Source: an uncultured Planctomycetales bacterium (lineage in GTDB: Bacteria > Omnitrophota > Gorgyraeia > Gygaellales > Profunditerraquicolaceae). From it: a stretch of 64,000 nucleotides of DNA. Made by a program: the position numbers and the translations under genes. Of the stretch, positions 1-9,933 are shown one piece after another. The notes under the pieces are model-generated. The model saw nothing but the letters and a program-made list of their open reading frames with translations. It was not told where the DNA came from and did no database searches. Position 1 is the first letter of the stretch; each line of letters starts with the position of its first letter. The stretch is taken from NCBI GenBank assembly GCA_964487475.1, contig CAZAPM010000005.1, positions 1 to 64,000 of the forward strand. The letters are read 5' to 3'.

Positions 1-150
1 GTGGTCAACGCCGATGAGGCGACCTTCCACAGCATGGCATTCTTTGACGGCGTCAACGTGGTCCCCGAGCCGGTGAGCACATCCCTGTTTCTCGTCGGTG
101 GCGCAGCGATGTGGCTGCGCAGAAAACGCGCCGCCATCCGCGGCAAATAA
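1..150 (+). CDS. PEP-CTERM sorting domain protein, C-terminal fragment (5' truncated by window)
   Basis: Frame 1 reads ...GVNVVPEPVSTSLFLVGGAAMWLRRKRAAIRGK*: VPEP motif, hydrophobic helix, basic tail. Not in the ORF track. Confidence 0.85.
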   Translation: MVNADEATFHSMAFFDGVNVVPEPVSTSLFLVGGAAMWLRRKRAAIRGK

Positions 151-161
151 GGCAGGATACT

Positions 162-1838
162 TCAGCGGGCCTGAAACACGTACACCGTATACGGGCCGAA
201 TCGTTTTGTCCCGTACGCTGTCTCTGCCGGCAGCACGAAGCGGTTTTTCCCGTCATCGATCAACACGTCGATCTCTCCCCGGTCCAGCGCCTCTTGCAGC
301 TGCGCCGCAGGCACGGCGAGCCATCCCGGAATGAACTCCTTCTCCTCATAAACAGTAAGGAAATACGCGGGCTCCGGGGTCCTCACTTGACGGTAATACC
401 ACAAAAGCAGATCGTTAAAGAATACGGCTTTTTTCTCGGCCAGGGCAAAGACCGCCGGCTCAAGGGGGCTGTGTGCGCTCCGGGCATCGGTGCGTATCCC
501 TGCGAGGGAATAGAGGTGCGCCAGCCTTTTGTTGACATCAGCCAGGGATGAAGCGGCGTTTTCCTTGCGTAATGCCAGGTATTCGCCGTTCGGAGTGAAG
601 AGCAAGTGCATGCTTTCGGGAATGCCGATACGCGTCCCCGAGGGGAACACGGAGTGCACCCATCCAATACATTCCGACGCCGGCGTGCTGCGGTGCAGCG
701 CGGAAACTTCACGCACCGTCCCCCAGGCAGTCACAAGGATAACGCACAGCGCGCATCCAGCCGTTACCACTCGTAATCTCTGCCGCCGCCACAGCCATTC
801 CACGGATGCTCCCGCAAAAATACACAGGAACAGGCCGATGGGGAAGGCATAACGCGGAAGCGGGTTGCGGGAAACAAGGAAGGGCAGGGAGAGCAGGAGG
901 AATGAGGAGGCCAGGATCATCGCGGTCCTTCTGCCGAAGATCTTGAACGCAGCCGCGATCCCGCCTAAGGAAAATATCCATGCCAGCGGATGCGCGAATG
1001 CGGGCAGGATCACGGTGAAAAGTTTCTGGAGCGTGTCGTATTTCCCCTGGTAAAAGGTCGCCGTGGTCCCTACGCTGTTACGCAAAAACGCCAGGGGCGA
1101 GGTCCAGATGAAGGGGACGATCGCCAACTGCATGAGCAGCAACCCGCCGATACAATATCCGCTGAACCTCCAGCCTACCGCGATCAGCGCGACCAGGATA
1201 AAAGGGGCATAGAGGAGTTTTCCGGCGACGGCGAGGGAGATCAGTGCACCGGCTGCGGCGGCCCGGCGCGCGGACCAGGTATTGGTATTCGCCACCAGCA
1301 TGAGGCTCAAGAGGAAAAAAGCGGCTGCCGCGGCATCGGGCATGAGGCTGACGGAGTAAACATACAGGAAGGGGGAGGCAAGCATCAGCGCTGCCGCGCA
1401 CCAGGCTCCGGCGCGAAGACCGTTCCTGAGGAACAGCCAGGCTGCGGCCAGAGGGCCAAAGGCCGAGATCAGCATGATCAGCGCCCTGCCGATCATAAGG
1501 TGCCGGTCCGGGGAGATCACCGCCTGGGCGATATAGGAAGACAGGGCGTGCAGCAGGATCGGCGGCTGGCGGTGCAGCACTGCTCCCAGCGCATCCGGCT
1601 GGGTGAAGAGGAAATCCGCGGAGTAAAGGCCAAGCAGGGGGATTCCGTAGACGCCCAGCGCGGAGAACGTGATCCCGGCCGGAGCAAGCCCGGCGAATAA
1701 TCCCAGCACGCAGGTCAGGACCTCGTATTCCAGCGGTTCGTAATACCGCAGCGCCGGAGGAAATATCACGGCAGGCAGGCGGGAGAGTATCCCGATCGCG
1801 AATATGATAACCAGGAGTAATGTATCGCGTGTGCGCAT
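162..1838 (-). CDS. Polytopic membrane glycosyltransferase, GT-C/ArnT-PMT-like
   Basis: 558 aa with many TM segments, 'SLMPDAA', 'GKLLYAP', 'PRYAFP', a C-terminal soluble domain and a GGAGGTGG SD. Confidence 0.6.
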   Translation of the reverse strand: MRTRDTLLLVIIFAIGILSRLPAVIFPPALRYYEPLEYEVLTCVLGLFAGLAPAGITFSALGVYGIPLLGLYSADFLFTQPDALGAVLHRQPPILLHALSSYIAQAVISPDRHLMIGRALIMLISAFGPLAAAWLFLRNGLRAGAWCAAALMLASPFLYVYSVSLMPDAAAAAFFLLSLMLVANTNTWSARRAAAAGALISLAVAGKLLYAPFILVALIAVGWRFSGYCIGGLLLMQLAIVPFIWTSPLAFLRNSVGTTATFYQGKYDTLQKLFTVILPAFAHPLAWIFSLGGIAAAFKIFGRRTAMILASSFLLLSLPFLVSRNPLPRYAFPIGLFLCIFAGASVEWLWRRQRLRVVTAGCALCVILVTAWGTVREVSALHRSTPASECIGWVHSVFPSGTRIGIPESMHLLFTPNGEYLALRKENAASSLADVNKRLAHLYSLAGIRTDARSAHSPLEPAVFALAEKKAVFFNDLLLWYYRQVRTPEPAYFLTVYEEKEFIPGWLAVPAAQLQEALDRGEIDVLIDDGKNRFVLPAETAYGTKRFGPYTVYVFQAR

Positions 1839-1912
1839 ATTTTACCACCTCCAATATACTATAGAATGACCCGTTTGTCCACGCCCCTGCCAATACAAAT
1901 GCCGCGAAAATA

Positions 1913-1921
1913 TGCTATAAT
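1913..1921 (+). promoter_or_regulatory. Extended -10 promoter (TGcTATAAT), probable leaderless transcript
   Basis: TATAAT at 1916-1921 ends 6 nt before ATG 1928; no SD present. Confidence 0.55.
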
Positions 1922-1927
1922 GGCGGC

Positions 1928-3217
1928 ATGCGAAAATTACCCGGTCCTTTCGTGCTGATCCTTGCGGCGTTGTTATGCCTGCTTGCGGCATTCGGGAAAG
2001 GGGTGACCCTGCCCGAGGACAGGTACGATGCGGATGAGCTGCTGTATATCTATTACGCGGGTTTGTTCGACGCATTTTTCATCTCCCGCGATATGGGGAA
2101 TATCGTTTGGCATTCCGGGGTCAAGTACCTGGCGCTTCCGGTAGGGGCGTATGTGCTGGGAGCGATGGTGTACGTGAGCCCGCAGCGGGATATGCTCAAG
2201 GCTCCGCAACGGATCTATGCTTTTTCTTCCCCCGACGGGGTGCCCCGTCCCATCGCCGAATCCCTTACCGAACTCGCGCAGCATCCCTTTCCATACGCGC
2301 GCGAGATGATCGACGTTCTCCGTCAGCGGATGTTGGGCTTCCGCGCCGCCAGCCTGTTTTTCGTATGCCTGCTCGGGTTCCTGCTCGGCGGGTATCTCTG
2401 CGCTCTTTGCGCAGCAGGTGTCTTTTTTCAGGACAGCCTGTTCCTGTGGTTCAGCAGCGTGGTGTTGTTGGAATCACTCTGGTTGTCGTTGCATCTGCTG
2501 AACATGCTGCTGATCCTCATGTGCCTTGTGCGTTGGCAAGGGGGTTGTGCCCGTGGAACGGTGTGGAAATACGCAGCCGCGGTGGGCGTGGTCACGGGGC
2601 TGCTTTCGGGAACGAAGATTCACGGCGCGCTCGATCTGGTCACGTGGTGTATCCTGGCCTGCGGGATTGTGGTGTTGCGGGGACGTGACAGCAGGGGGCT
2701 GCGCAGGGAAGCCGTGACTGCGGCGGTTGCCACGATGCTTATCTTCGCGGTTTCGTTCTTCGTGTTTGCGGTGTTCAATCCGCTTTTTTATACGGAGGAT
2801 CCTTTGACGGTCCTGCGGGGGATCGTGCGCGCGCGTTTCGATCTGTTCAACGCACAGGCAGCGGGCGATGTGTTTTCCGACCTGACTACTCCTTGGAAGC
2901 GGCTCTTTTTCGTCGTACACCGTTTCCTGGTCGTCGAGCTTGATCCCCCGGAGATCATGGCTGCTGTTTTTGGGGGTGGCTTCATGGCGTGGCGCGCCGG
3001 GAGCGGGCTCTTCCGCGGCAGGGAGCTAGGAGTGGAAGCCCTGCTTTTGACCGCGTTCACGGTAGAGATCGCGGCAATACTTCTCTTCATGAGGTACGCC
3101 GGGGTGCGTTACCTGGTGGTATTGACTCCGTATCTGGGCCTTTTTCAGGGGTATGGCTGGTATTGTATCATCACGCGTTTCTTCGGGATGGTGCGCGCAA
3201 GGGTGAGGTACCGATGA
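1928..3217 (+). CDS. Polytopic membrane protein, probable GT-C glycosyltransferase
   Basis: 429 aa; early 'DADE' acidic motif after TM1, 'GTKIHG', late 'RYL'; multiple TMs. Confidence 0.55.
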   Translation: MRKLPGPFVLILAALLCLLAAFGKGVTLPEDRYDADELLYIYYAGLFDAFFISRDMGNIVWHSGVKYLALPVGAYVLGAMVYVSPQRDMLKAPQRIYAFSSPDGVPRPIAESLTELAQHPFPYAREMIDVLRQRMLGFRAASLFFVCLLGFLLGGYLCALCAAGVFFQDSLFLWFSSVVLLESLWLSLHLLNMLLILMCLVRWQGGCARGTVWKYAAAVGVVTGLLSGTKIHGALDLVTWCILACGIVVLRGRDSRGLRREAVTAAVATMLIFAVSFFVFAVFNPLFYTEDPLTVLRGIVRARFDLFNAQAAGDVFSDLTTPWKRLFFVVHRFLVVELDPPEIMAAVFGGGFMAWRAGSGLFRGRELGVEALLLTAFTVEIAAILLFMRYAGVRYLVVLTPYLGLFQGYGWYCIITRFFGMVRARVRYR

Positions 3218-4035
3218 TCGGCCGTGTGCTGGGATTCTATCGGGTCCGGGAATGGTATTATCACGTGGGGTTGGGGGTTCTGGGGGTTTTGTTCGTGGGG
3301 GGAGGAGAGCAGTTCCTGCCGCGGGCGGGGTTGGGGATTGCGGCCGGAGTGTTCGGGTTGGCGCAAGGGTATGCGTTCAACCGGCTGTGCGACAGTGATC
3401 CACGATCGTGGAGCGCGAAGGGGTGGGCAGGGTTGCTGCTGCCGTTGGTCCTCTGCGCCGTCCTTATCGCGGTATGGTATCCTGCCGCAGGGTTTTTGCT
3501 TGGCATGATCGTGGTGTTTAACGCGCTGTATTCCTTCCCTTCCTTCAATGCGAAAAGGAGTACCTGGGCGAGCGCGGTGATCCATGTGTTCCTTTTCGGG
3601 GGGATATTCTGTTTGTCGGGGGCTATCGCTAAAGGCGCGTGTACGGCATCTTTGCTGGTGATGGGGGCGTTCCTGGGAGGGTTTCTGGTCCCCGCACAGC
3701 TTTTGCATGAGCTGGCCCATGCACGTGCGGATGGGCGATGGGAATTGTGTCAGGGCAGAAGCCGTCTCTATCTATGGGTGGTGGCGTGCTCCGTTATGGC
3801 ACTGGCCGCAGCGGCGTTTCCCCTCGCGCAGTATCTCAGTCTGCCGCCTCTTTTTCCTGCAGCGGGAGTGCTTTGGGTGTGGTTCCTCGTCCCGTTTCTT
3901 CGTTCAAGGATATGGAAGGAGTATTCGGCTGAATACGCGGAAGAATTGCGGGCACGTTTTCGGGAAGCCGGAATGCTTTTCGGGGTAGTGTACGCTGTCG
4001 CGTTTCTTCAGTATTCCCTGTCCATCGCGCGGTAG
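3214..4035 (+). CDS. UbiA prenyltransferase-like membrane protein
   Basis: ATGA overlap with the upstream stop; 'YAFNRLCD', 'ALYSFPSFNAKR', 'LLHELAHARAD' resemble degenerate UbiA motifs. Confidence 0.55.
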   Translation: MIGRVLGFYRVREWYYHVGLGVLGVLFVGGGEQFLPRAGLGIAAGVFGLAQGYAFNRLCDSDPRSWSAKGWAGLLLPLVLCAVLIAVWYPAAGFLLGMIVVFNALYSFPSFNAKRSTWASAVIHVFLFGGIFCLSGAIAKGACTASLLVMGAFLGGFLVPAQLLHELAHARADGRWELCQGRSRLYLWVVACSVMALAAAAFPLAQYLSLPPLFPAAGVLWVWFLVPFLRSRIWKEYSAEYAEELRARFREAGMLFGVVYAVAFLQYSLSIAR

Positions 4036-5537
4036 TGTACCGCTTCCGCGATGTGCGCCGCCTGAATGACCTGTCGGCCTGCCAGATCGGCGATAGTCCT
4101 GGCGACCTTGAGTATCTTGTCGTACGCCCGCAATGAGAGCCGCAACTCCTGCATCGCGGTGTGCAGAAGCTCCTCCGCTTCCTTTTCCATGGCGCAGTAT
4201 TTCTTGATGTGCCTGGCCGCCATCTGCGCATTGCAGAACACCCCTTCGTGTTTCAGTCTGGTACGCTGTATCATCCGGGCGTGTTCCACCCGCGTTTTGA
4301 TGGCGGAGGAAGGCTCCGGCTCCAGACCGGCGCTTAATTCGGCGCAGCGGATGGCGGGAAGCTCCAGGTGAATATCTATCCGGTCGGTAAGCGGGCCCGA
4401 GATGCGGCTGCGGTACGCCTGTACTTTGCTTGCGGTGCACCGGCAGGAGCGTCCGGTGTGAGAATAGTATCCGCACGGGCAGGGGTTCATGGCGCATACC
4501 AGCATGAATGAGGCGGGGAACATCGTGGCCCGGGATGCCCGGCACACGCAGATGCGCCCCTCTTCCATGGGCTGGCGCAGCGCTTCCAGGGTTTCCCTTT
4601 TGAACTCCGGCAGCTCGTCCAAAAAAAGCACTCCGTGGTGCGCCAGGCTTATCTCTCCGGGCTGGGGGATCGCGCCGCCACCGGTCAGGGAAAAGAGTGA
4701 GGCGCCGTGGTGCGGGCTGCGAAACGGCCTGGTCTTGATGAGCGCACCGGAAAATATCTCCTTGCCGCACACGGAGTAGACCTTGGTTAACTCAAAGGAT
4801 TCTTCCGTGGTCAAGTCCGGCATGATGGTGGGGATGCGCCTGGCCAGCATGCTTTTCCCGCTGCCCGGAGGCCCGATCATGAGTACGTTGTGCCCTCCGG
4901 CTACCGCCACTTCCAGCCCTCTTTTCGCGGCGTACTGGCCTTTCACCTCCGTGAAATCGACCGGGTAGCATTGCGGATCCGGGAATATCCCGGCATCCCG
5001 GCGCGCGGCCTGAATGCATGATCGCTGCGGGTCCATGATGATCTGCGCCGCTTCCTTCAAATCCTTTGCCGGCAGGGGAATGACCTCTTCGACCAGCGCC
5101 GCTTCAGCGGCATTGGCTGCAGGCATGATGATACGGTGTTGTCTGGTCGCCGCCAGGTTCAGGCATATCGGAAGCACTCCTTTGGCCGCGCAAAGCGCTC
5201 CGTCCAAAGAGAGCTCCCCTAAGGCGTAGAGGTCCGCTATCCCGGATAAGGGGATCTGCTCGCTTGCCGCCAGTATCGCCAGGGCAATGGGCAGGTCGAA
5301 GAGCGCCCCGCTTTTTTTGAGCTCGGAGGGGGTGAGGCTTATGGTGATCCGGTCGAAAGGCCATTCGAACCCGCAGTTTTTGATGGCGGATTTGACCCGC
5401 TCCTTGCTCTCTTTAAGCGCGGTATCCGCCAGCCCAACAAGAGATATGGCCGGAAGCCCCCGGCTTATGTCCACTTCCACTTCGACCGGTATCACTTCGA
5501 TCCCCCAGGTAAGCATGCTTCTGATCTTTGCCAGCAT
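4008..5537 (-). CDS. comM: YifB/ComM family Mg-chelatase-like AAA+ ATPase
   Basis: 'GPPGSGKSMLARR', 'RPFRSPHH', 'GEISLAHHGVLFLDELPEF', 'AMNPCPCG'. Confidence 0.95.
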   Translation of the reverse strand: MLAKIRSMLTWGIEVIPVEVEVDISRGLPAISLVGLADTALKESKERVKSAIKNCGFEWPFDRITISLTPSELKKSGALFDLPIALAILAASEQIPLSGIADLYALGELSLDGALCAAKGVLPICLNLAATRQHRIIMPAANAAEAALVEEVIPLPAKDLKEAAQIIMDPQRSCIQAARRDAGIFPDPQCYPVDFTEVKGQYAAKRGLEVAVAGGHNVLMIGPPGSGKSMLARRIPTIMPDLTTEESFELTKVYSVCGKEIFSGALIKTRPFRSPHHGASLFSLTGGGAIPQPGEISLAHHGVLFLDELPEFKRETLEALRQPMEEGRICVCRASRATMFPASFMLVCAMNPCPCGYYSHTGRSCRCTASKVQAYRSRISGPLTDRIDIHLELPAIRCAELSAGLEPEPSSAIKTRVEHARMIQRTRLKHEGVFCNAQMAARHIKKYCAMEKEAEELLHTAMQELRLSLRAYDKILKVARTIADLAGRQVIQAAHIAEAVHYRAMDREY

Positions 5538-5698
5538 CGTTCCTCCTTTGTTCGGTCTTTCCGCGCGTCCCGCATATGCTTAGACGCGCCAGCGCATCGA
5601 ATCTCACGGTGACAGGCGCAAAATTATTGCCCCATGACGCCGGTTGTGCCAAATCCAGTCAAATAAGGGGCTTTTGTGCCAGTGAAAAAGAATAATTC

Positions 5699-5726
5699 TT
5701 GCTTTTTCATTTGGATATTCTATAAT
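5699..5726 (+). promoter_or_regulatory. Probable sigma70 promoter
   Basis: TTGCTT-N16-TATAAT in an AT-rich intergenic region. Confidence 0.5.
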
Positions 5727-5743
5727 ATACCCTTACAAAGTAG

Positions 5744-6367
5744 GTGTTTATGAAAGATAGAAATAAACTGATCCTGGTAATAGTCACGGCATTGGTGTTG
5801 TTTTTTGGCATCAGGTACCTGCTGCTTGAGAGGGAGACCATCAAGTTGCGGGGTTCCCTGCGCCAATCTCACCAGCGGGCAGTCCTCCTGGAGGAAGAAA
5901 AACAGGAGGTGGAGCGGCTTTTGGCCCAGGAAAAGCAGCTGCGTGCCGAAGTCGAGGAAAAGAACGAGCTGATCCGTGCGACCCTGAAAGCGGGGATGCG
6001 CAAGATCTACTCCCAGCATGCGTCCTTGAGCCAGGTACGCAGCCAGGCCCAGCAGTTGGAGTCCGAGATCGCCATGCTGCGGGCGGAAAATTCCGGTTTG
6101 CGTGCCCAGCAGGAGGACATCCGCAAGAGATTGGCGGAGGTCAGCCGGGAGTACGAATCCTACCGCCGCAATATCGTTTCCTTTGCCGCGGTCAAGGAGA
6201 CATTTACCGACTGGACGGATAAGGCAGTGAAGATAGTCCAGGCGATCACCGAGCGTCCGCACTCCCCCGATACCGAGTTCGGCAACGGGGGCTTTATCGT
6301 CAAGAACGGCCGGTCCACGCAGTTGCAAAGAGTCAAAATCGAAGTAAACCCTGCCTCACTCGAATAA
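5744..6367 (+). CDS. Hypothetical membrane-anchored coiled-coil protein (alternative start ATG 5750)
   Basis: N-terminal TM helix followed by a long E/Q/K/R-rich heptad region. Confidence 0.7.
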   Translation: MFMKDRNKLILVIVTALVLFFGIRYLLLERETIKLRGSLRQSHQRAVLLEEEKQEVERLLAQEKQLRAEVEEKNELIRATLKAGMRKIYSQHASLSQVRSQAQQLESEIAMLRAENSGLRAQQEDIRKRLAEVSREYESYRRNIVSFAAVKETFTDWTDKAVKIVQAITERPHSPDTEFGNGGFIVKNGRSTQLQRVKIEVNPASLE

Positions 6368-6813
6368 TGACCGAGATCTTCATCGACATCTGGCGCAATA
6401 AGATATTTATGACCACGATCCTCGCCTGGATCGTGGCGCAGAGCATCAAAGTCTTCATGGGAGTGATCCGGCTGCGGAAATTCGACTTCCGCTGGTTCGT
6501 GGGGACCGGGGGTATGCCCTCCAGCCATGCGGCAGGAGCTTCCTGCCTGGCGGCCGCAGTCGGCTACAAGTACGGGTTCAGCGAAGTGCACTTTGCCCTG
6601 GCCGCGGCATTCGCCCTGGTGGTGATGTTCGACGCCCAGGGAGTACGCCGGGCAGCCGGCCGGCAGGCCAAGCTGCTCAACAAGATCACCGAGGATATTT
6701 ACTGGCAGGGAAAGATACAGGATGACCGTTTGCGCGAGCTGATCGGGCATACGCCGGTCGAGGTCATCATGGGCGGGTTGCTGGGGATTCTGATCGCGGT
6801 GCTGGCGCGTTAA
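6367..6813 (+). CDS. Divergent PAP2 family protein (DUF212)
   Basis: 'GGMPSSH', 'VMFDAQGVRRAAGRQA', 'ELIGHTPVEV'. Confidence 0.92.
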   Translation: MTEIFIDIWRNKIFMTTILAWIVAQSIKVFMGVIRLRKFDFRWFVGTGGMPSSHAAGASCLAAAVGYKYGFSEVHFALAAAFALVVMFDAQGVRRAAGRQAKLLNKITEDIYWQGKIQDDRLRELIGHTPVEVIMGGLLGILIAVLAR

Positions 6814-6841
6814 GCGTGCGCATCGCGTCAAGGAGGCGGCA

Positions 6842-7657
6842 GTGGATAGAAGGATAATCGTAGTAATCGCGGTGGCAGTGGTGGTAGTCGGCGCGGGCCT
6901 GGCCATGATGCTCTTTAAGGATAACGCGGCGTTCCTGGGACGGGGAGAAGGCGGGGCGACCGCCACGGCGCTCCTGGCGCAGGCGAAGGATGCGGAAGCG
7001 AAGGGAAGCATGGCGGATGCGAAAGCCGCGTACCAGAAGCTGGTGACGGATTTTCCGAACTCGAACGAGGTCATGACCTGGCAGAAGAAGCTCGAGGATC
7101 TCAATATCCGCATCCTGTTCTCCCCGCAGCTGACCCCCAAGAGCGTCCAGTATGAGGTCAAGCCCGGGGATACCCTCACCAAGATCGCAAAGATGCACAA
7201 CACCACGGTCGAGCTGATCAAGCGCAGCAATAATCTTAGCGACGACCGGATCGTCCCCGGAAAGAAACTCAAGGTATGGACCGCCCCGTTCTCGATCTTC
7301 GTGGATAAATCGCAGAACATCCTCATCCTCAAGAGCGAGGAGGAAGTGGTCAAGTCATATATCGTGACCACCGGGCTTAACAACTGCACGCCCGTGGGCA
7401 CCTTCAAGATAGTCAATAAGCTTCCCAACCCGACCTGGTTCAAAGCCGGGGCGGTGGTCCCTCCGGATTCCCCGGAGAACGTGCTGGGTACCCGCTGGAT
7501 GGGGTTTGACCTGGCCGGATACGGGATCCATGGCACGATCGAGGCCAACATGCTGGGCAAGCAGGCGTCCCAGGGATGCGTGCGCATGGCCAACCAGGAC
7601 GTGGAGGAGCTCTACACCATCGTTCCCACCGGCACGGTCGTGACCGTCGTCGATTAA
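6842..7657 (+). CDS. L,D-transpeptidase (YkuD family) with LysM domain
   Basis: LysM 'YEVKPGDTLTKIAK'; catalytic 'GIHGT...SQGCVRM'. Confidence 0.93.
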   Translation: MDRRIIVVIAVAVVVVGAGLAMMLFKDNAAFLGRGEGGATATALLAQAKDAEAKGSMADAKAAYQKLVTDFPNSNEVMTWQKKLEDLNIRILFSPQLTPKSVQYEVKPGDTLTKIAKMHNTTVELIKRSNNLSDDRIVPGKKLKVWTAPFSIFVDKSQNILILKSEEEVVKSYIVTTGLNNCTPVGTFKIVNKLPNPTWFKAGAVVPPDSPENVLGTRWMGFDLAGYGIHGTIEANMLGKQASQGCVRMANQDVEELYTIVPTGTVVTVVD

Positions 7658-7672
7658 TACCGAGGTATCCGC

Positions 7673-8620
7673 ATGATCGGGCTTGATTTCGAAAAACCAA
7701 TCCTGGAACTGGAAAAGAAGATAGAGGAGCTGCGCCATTTCAGCACTGAGAAGAAGGTGGACCTTTCCTCCGAGGTCAAGAAGCTCGAGGAGAAGCTGGG
7801 GGGCTTGCGCCGGGATATCTACGGGAATCTAAGCCCCTGGCAGCGGGTACAGCTGGCGCGGCATCCGCACCGGCCCTATACCATGGATTATATCGGCCTG
7901 ATGATGACCGATTTCGTCGAACTGCACGGGGACCGCAGTTTCGCGGATGATAAAGCGTTGATCACCGGCCTGGCCACGATCGACGGCACCCGGGTGGTGG
8001 TGATGGGGCACCAGAAAGGCCGCGACACCAAGGAGAACCTGAAACGCAACTTCGGATGCGCGCACCCCGAGGGATACCGCAAAGCGCTGCGCATCATGCA
8101 GCTGGCGGAGAAGTTCGGCTTGCCTATCGTGGTGTGCATCGATACGCCCGGCGCATATCCCGGGATCGACGCCGAGGAGCGCGGACAGGCCCAGGCGATC
8201 GCCCTGAACTTGAGGGAGATGGTGCAGATCGCCGTGCCGATCGTGGCTACGGTCATCGGCGAGGGCGGATCCGGCGGCGCCCTGGGGATCGGGGTGGCGG
8301 ATAAGGTGGCGGTGCTGGAAAACGCGTATTACTCCGTGATCTCGCCCGAAGGATGCGCCGCGATCCTCTGGAAGAGCGGAGCGAAGGCTCCCGAAGCCGC
8401 CGAAGTGCTCAAGCTTACAGGGCCTGATTTAAAGAAATTCGGGATCATTGACGAGGTGATCCCCGAACCGCTGGGAGGAGCGCATCGCGATCCGGCCAAG
8501 ACCGCCGCGGCGCTCAAGGAGTTCGTCAAAAAGAGCCTCAAGGAATTGCGGGGGCTCTCCACGGACGACCTGCTGGCGGCACGATATAATAAATTCCGGA
8601 GCATCGGCAAGTTCGCATGA
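7673..8620 (+). CDS. accA: Acetyl-CoA carboxylase carboxyltransferase alpha subunit
   Basis: 'LDFEKPI', 'ARHPHRP', 'DTPGAYPGIDAEERGQ', 'GEGGSGGAL'. Confidence 0.97.
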   Translation: MIGLDFEKPILELEKKIEELRHFSTEKKVDLSSEVKKLEEKLGGLRRDIYGNLSPWQRVQLARHPHRPYTMDYIGLMMTDFVELHGDRSFADDKALITGLATIDGTRVVVMGHQKGRDTKENLKRNFGCAHPEGYRKALRIMQLAEKFGLPIVVCIDTPGAYPGIDAEERGQAQAIALNLREMVQIAVPIVATVIGEGGSGGALGIGVADKVAVLENAYYSVISPEGCAAILWKSGAKAPEAAEVLKLTGPDLKKFGIIDEVIPEPLGGAHRDPAKTAAALKEFVKKSLKELRGLSTDDLLAARYNKFRSIGKFA

Positions 8621-9132
8621 TCGAGCAGGAGCTGGTCTTCCTGGGGCTCTTGCAAGAGAGCCCGCAGCACGGGTATCAGATCAAAAAGAAGATCCGGGAG
8701 ATACTCCCGCTCTTCTCCGGCCTGGACATCAAATCCATATACTATCCCCTTTCCGTCCTGGAGAAGAAGGGCCTGCTGGTCAAGCGCTCCTTACGCCAGG
8801 GTAACCGTCCCAAACGTTACGAGTACGAACTTACCGCTCAGGGGAAAGCCCGCTTCCTGGAGCTGCTCGATCAAAGCCTCCTCAGTTTCAAGCGCCCCCA
8901 GTTCACCCTCGACTTAAGCCTGTATTTTCTGCCGTACTTAAGCCCTGATACCGTCAGGCGCCGCCTGCGCGGACGGATGCGGCTTTTGCAGCAGCTGGCC
9001 GCCAGCATGAAGCGGATGGCGGAAGTTTCCCCGGCCAAAGGGCACCGGGCGCTGGGGTTGATCCTCGAGCATAATTTCCGGATGGTGGAGGCGGAGCGTA
9101 AGTTTTTGGCAGAGCTCACCCAATCCATATAA
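8617..9132 (+). CDS. PadR family transcriptional regulator
   Basis: 'LGLLQESPQHGYQIKK', 'SIYYPL', 'YELTAQGK'. Confidence 0.88.
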   Translation: MIEQELVFLGLLQESPQHGYQIKKKIREILPLFSGLDIKSIYYPLSVLEKKGLLVKRSLRQGNRPKRYEYELTAQGKARFLELLDQSLLSFKRPQFTLDLSLYFLPYLSPDTVRRRLRGRMRLLQQLAASMKRMAEVSPAKGHRALGLILEHNFRMVEAERKFLAELTQSI

Positions 9133-9140
9133 GGAAGGCC

Positions 9141-9833
9141 ATGAGAAAGCTGATCAGAAAAACGGTCATCATACTCGCGCTGCTTCTCCTCTGCGCGGCG
9201 GCCTTCCGGATGACGGCGGGATTCTGGGCCCGGCAGGCGGCGGGCCTTTTGCTGGTGCCCGATGTGTTGCGTAAAGCGGATTGTATCGTCATGCTGCAGG
9301 GGGACCTCTACCCCCGGGCCAAGAAAGCCGCCGAGCTTTATGCGCAGGGGTATGCGCCGGCGATCGTGGTCTCCCCTTTGAAGGAGCGGGAGAAGGAGCT
9401 TAGGGAATATTATTATTTCGAGCACGTGCTGACCGGCGCGGCGGATGTAGACTCGAGCGTGCTGCTGGAGAAAGCCCTGGGGTACTTCGGCAAGGATATG
9501 CAGGGCGTGTACCTGACGGGGATCGAAGGGACCTCGACCTTCGACGAGGCCAGGGCGACCAGGGAGTTGATGCAGCGCAAAGGCTTTGCCTCCATGATCC
9601 TGGTGACGAACACCTATCATATGCGCCGCGCCCTCTGGATCTTCCGCCGCGTGTTCAGGGGCTCCGGGATCGCCATCTATCCGGTCACCGCCCCGCATCC
9701 CGTCTTCGACCCCGGCCGCTGGTGGCATAAAGAGGCGGATGCGGATATGATCTTCCGCGAGTATCTGGCGTTCGCGCATAATTTCATATATCATTTCGTC
9801 CTGGGCAAAGAACGCACCGCGTTCGATTCCTGA
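9141..9833 (+). CDS. YdcF/DUF218 family protein
   Basis: N-terminal TM, 'ADCIVMLQG', 'STFDEA', 'LVTNTYHMRRA'. Confidence 0.85.
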   Translation: MRKLIRKTVIILALLLLCAAAFRMTAGFWARQAAGLLLVPDVLRKADCIVMLQGDLYPRAKKAAELYAQGYAPAIVVSPLKEREKELREYYYFEHVLTGAADVDSSVLLEKALGYFGKDMQGVYLTGIEGTSTFDEARATRELMQRKGFASMILVTNTYHMRRALWIFRRVFRGSGIAIYPVTAPHPVFDPGRWWHKEADADMIFREYLAFAHNFIYHFVLGKERTAFDS

Positions 9834-9858
9834 AAGACCCCCTCCCGCTATTTTTCCC

Positions 9859-9887
9859 TTGACTATTCCGCAGCCGCAGCATATAAT
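9859..9887 (+). promoter_or_regulatory. sigma70 promoter of the marR-efflux operon
   Basis: TTGACT-N17-TATAAT followed by an AT-rich imperfect palindrome (9899-9919). Confidence 0.75.
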
Positions 9888-9933
9888 TAATTATGATGAT
9901 AGTTAACATAGTTAAATATAAAGGGGGATTACG

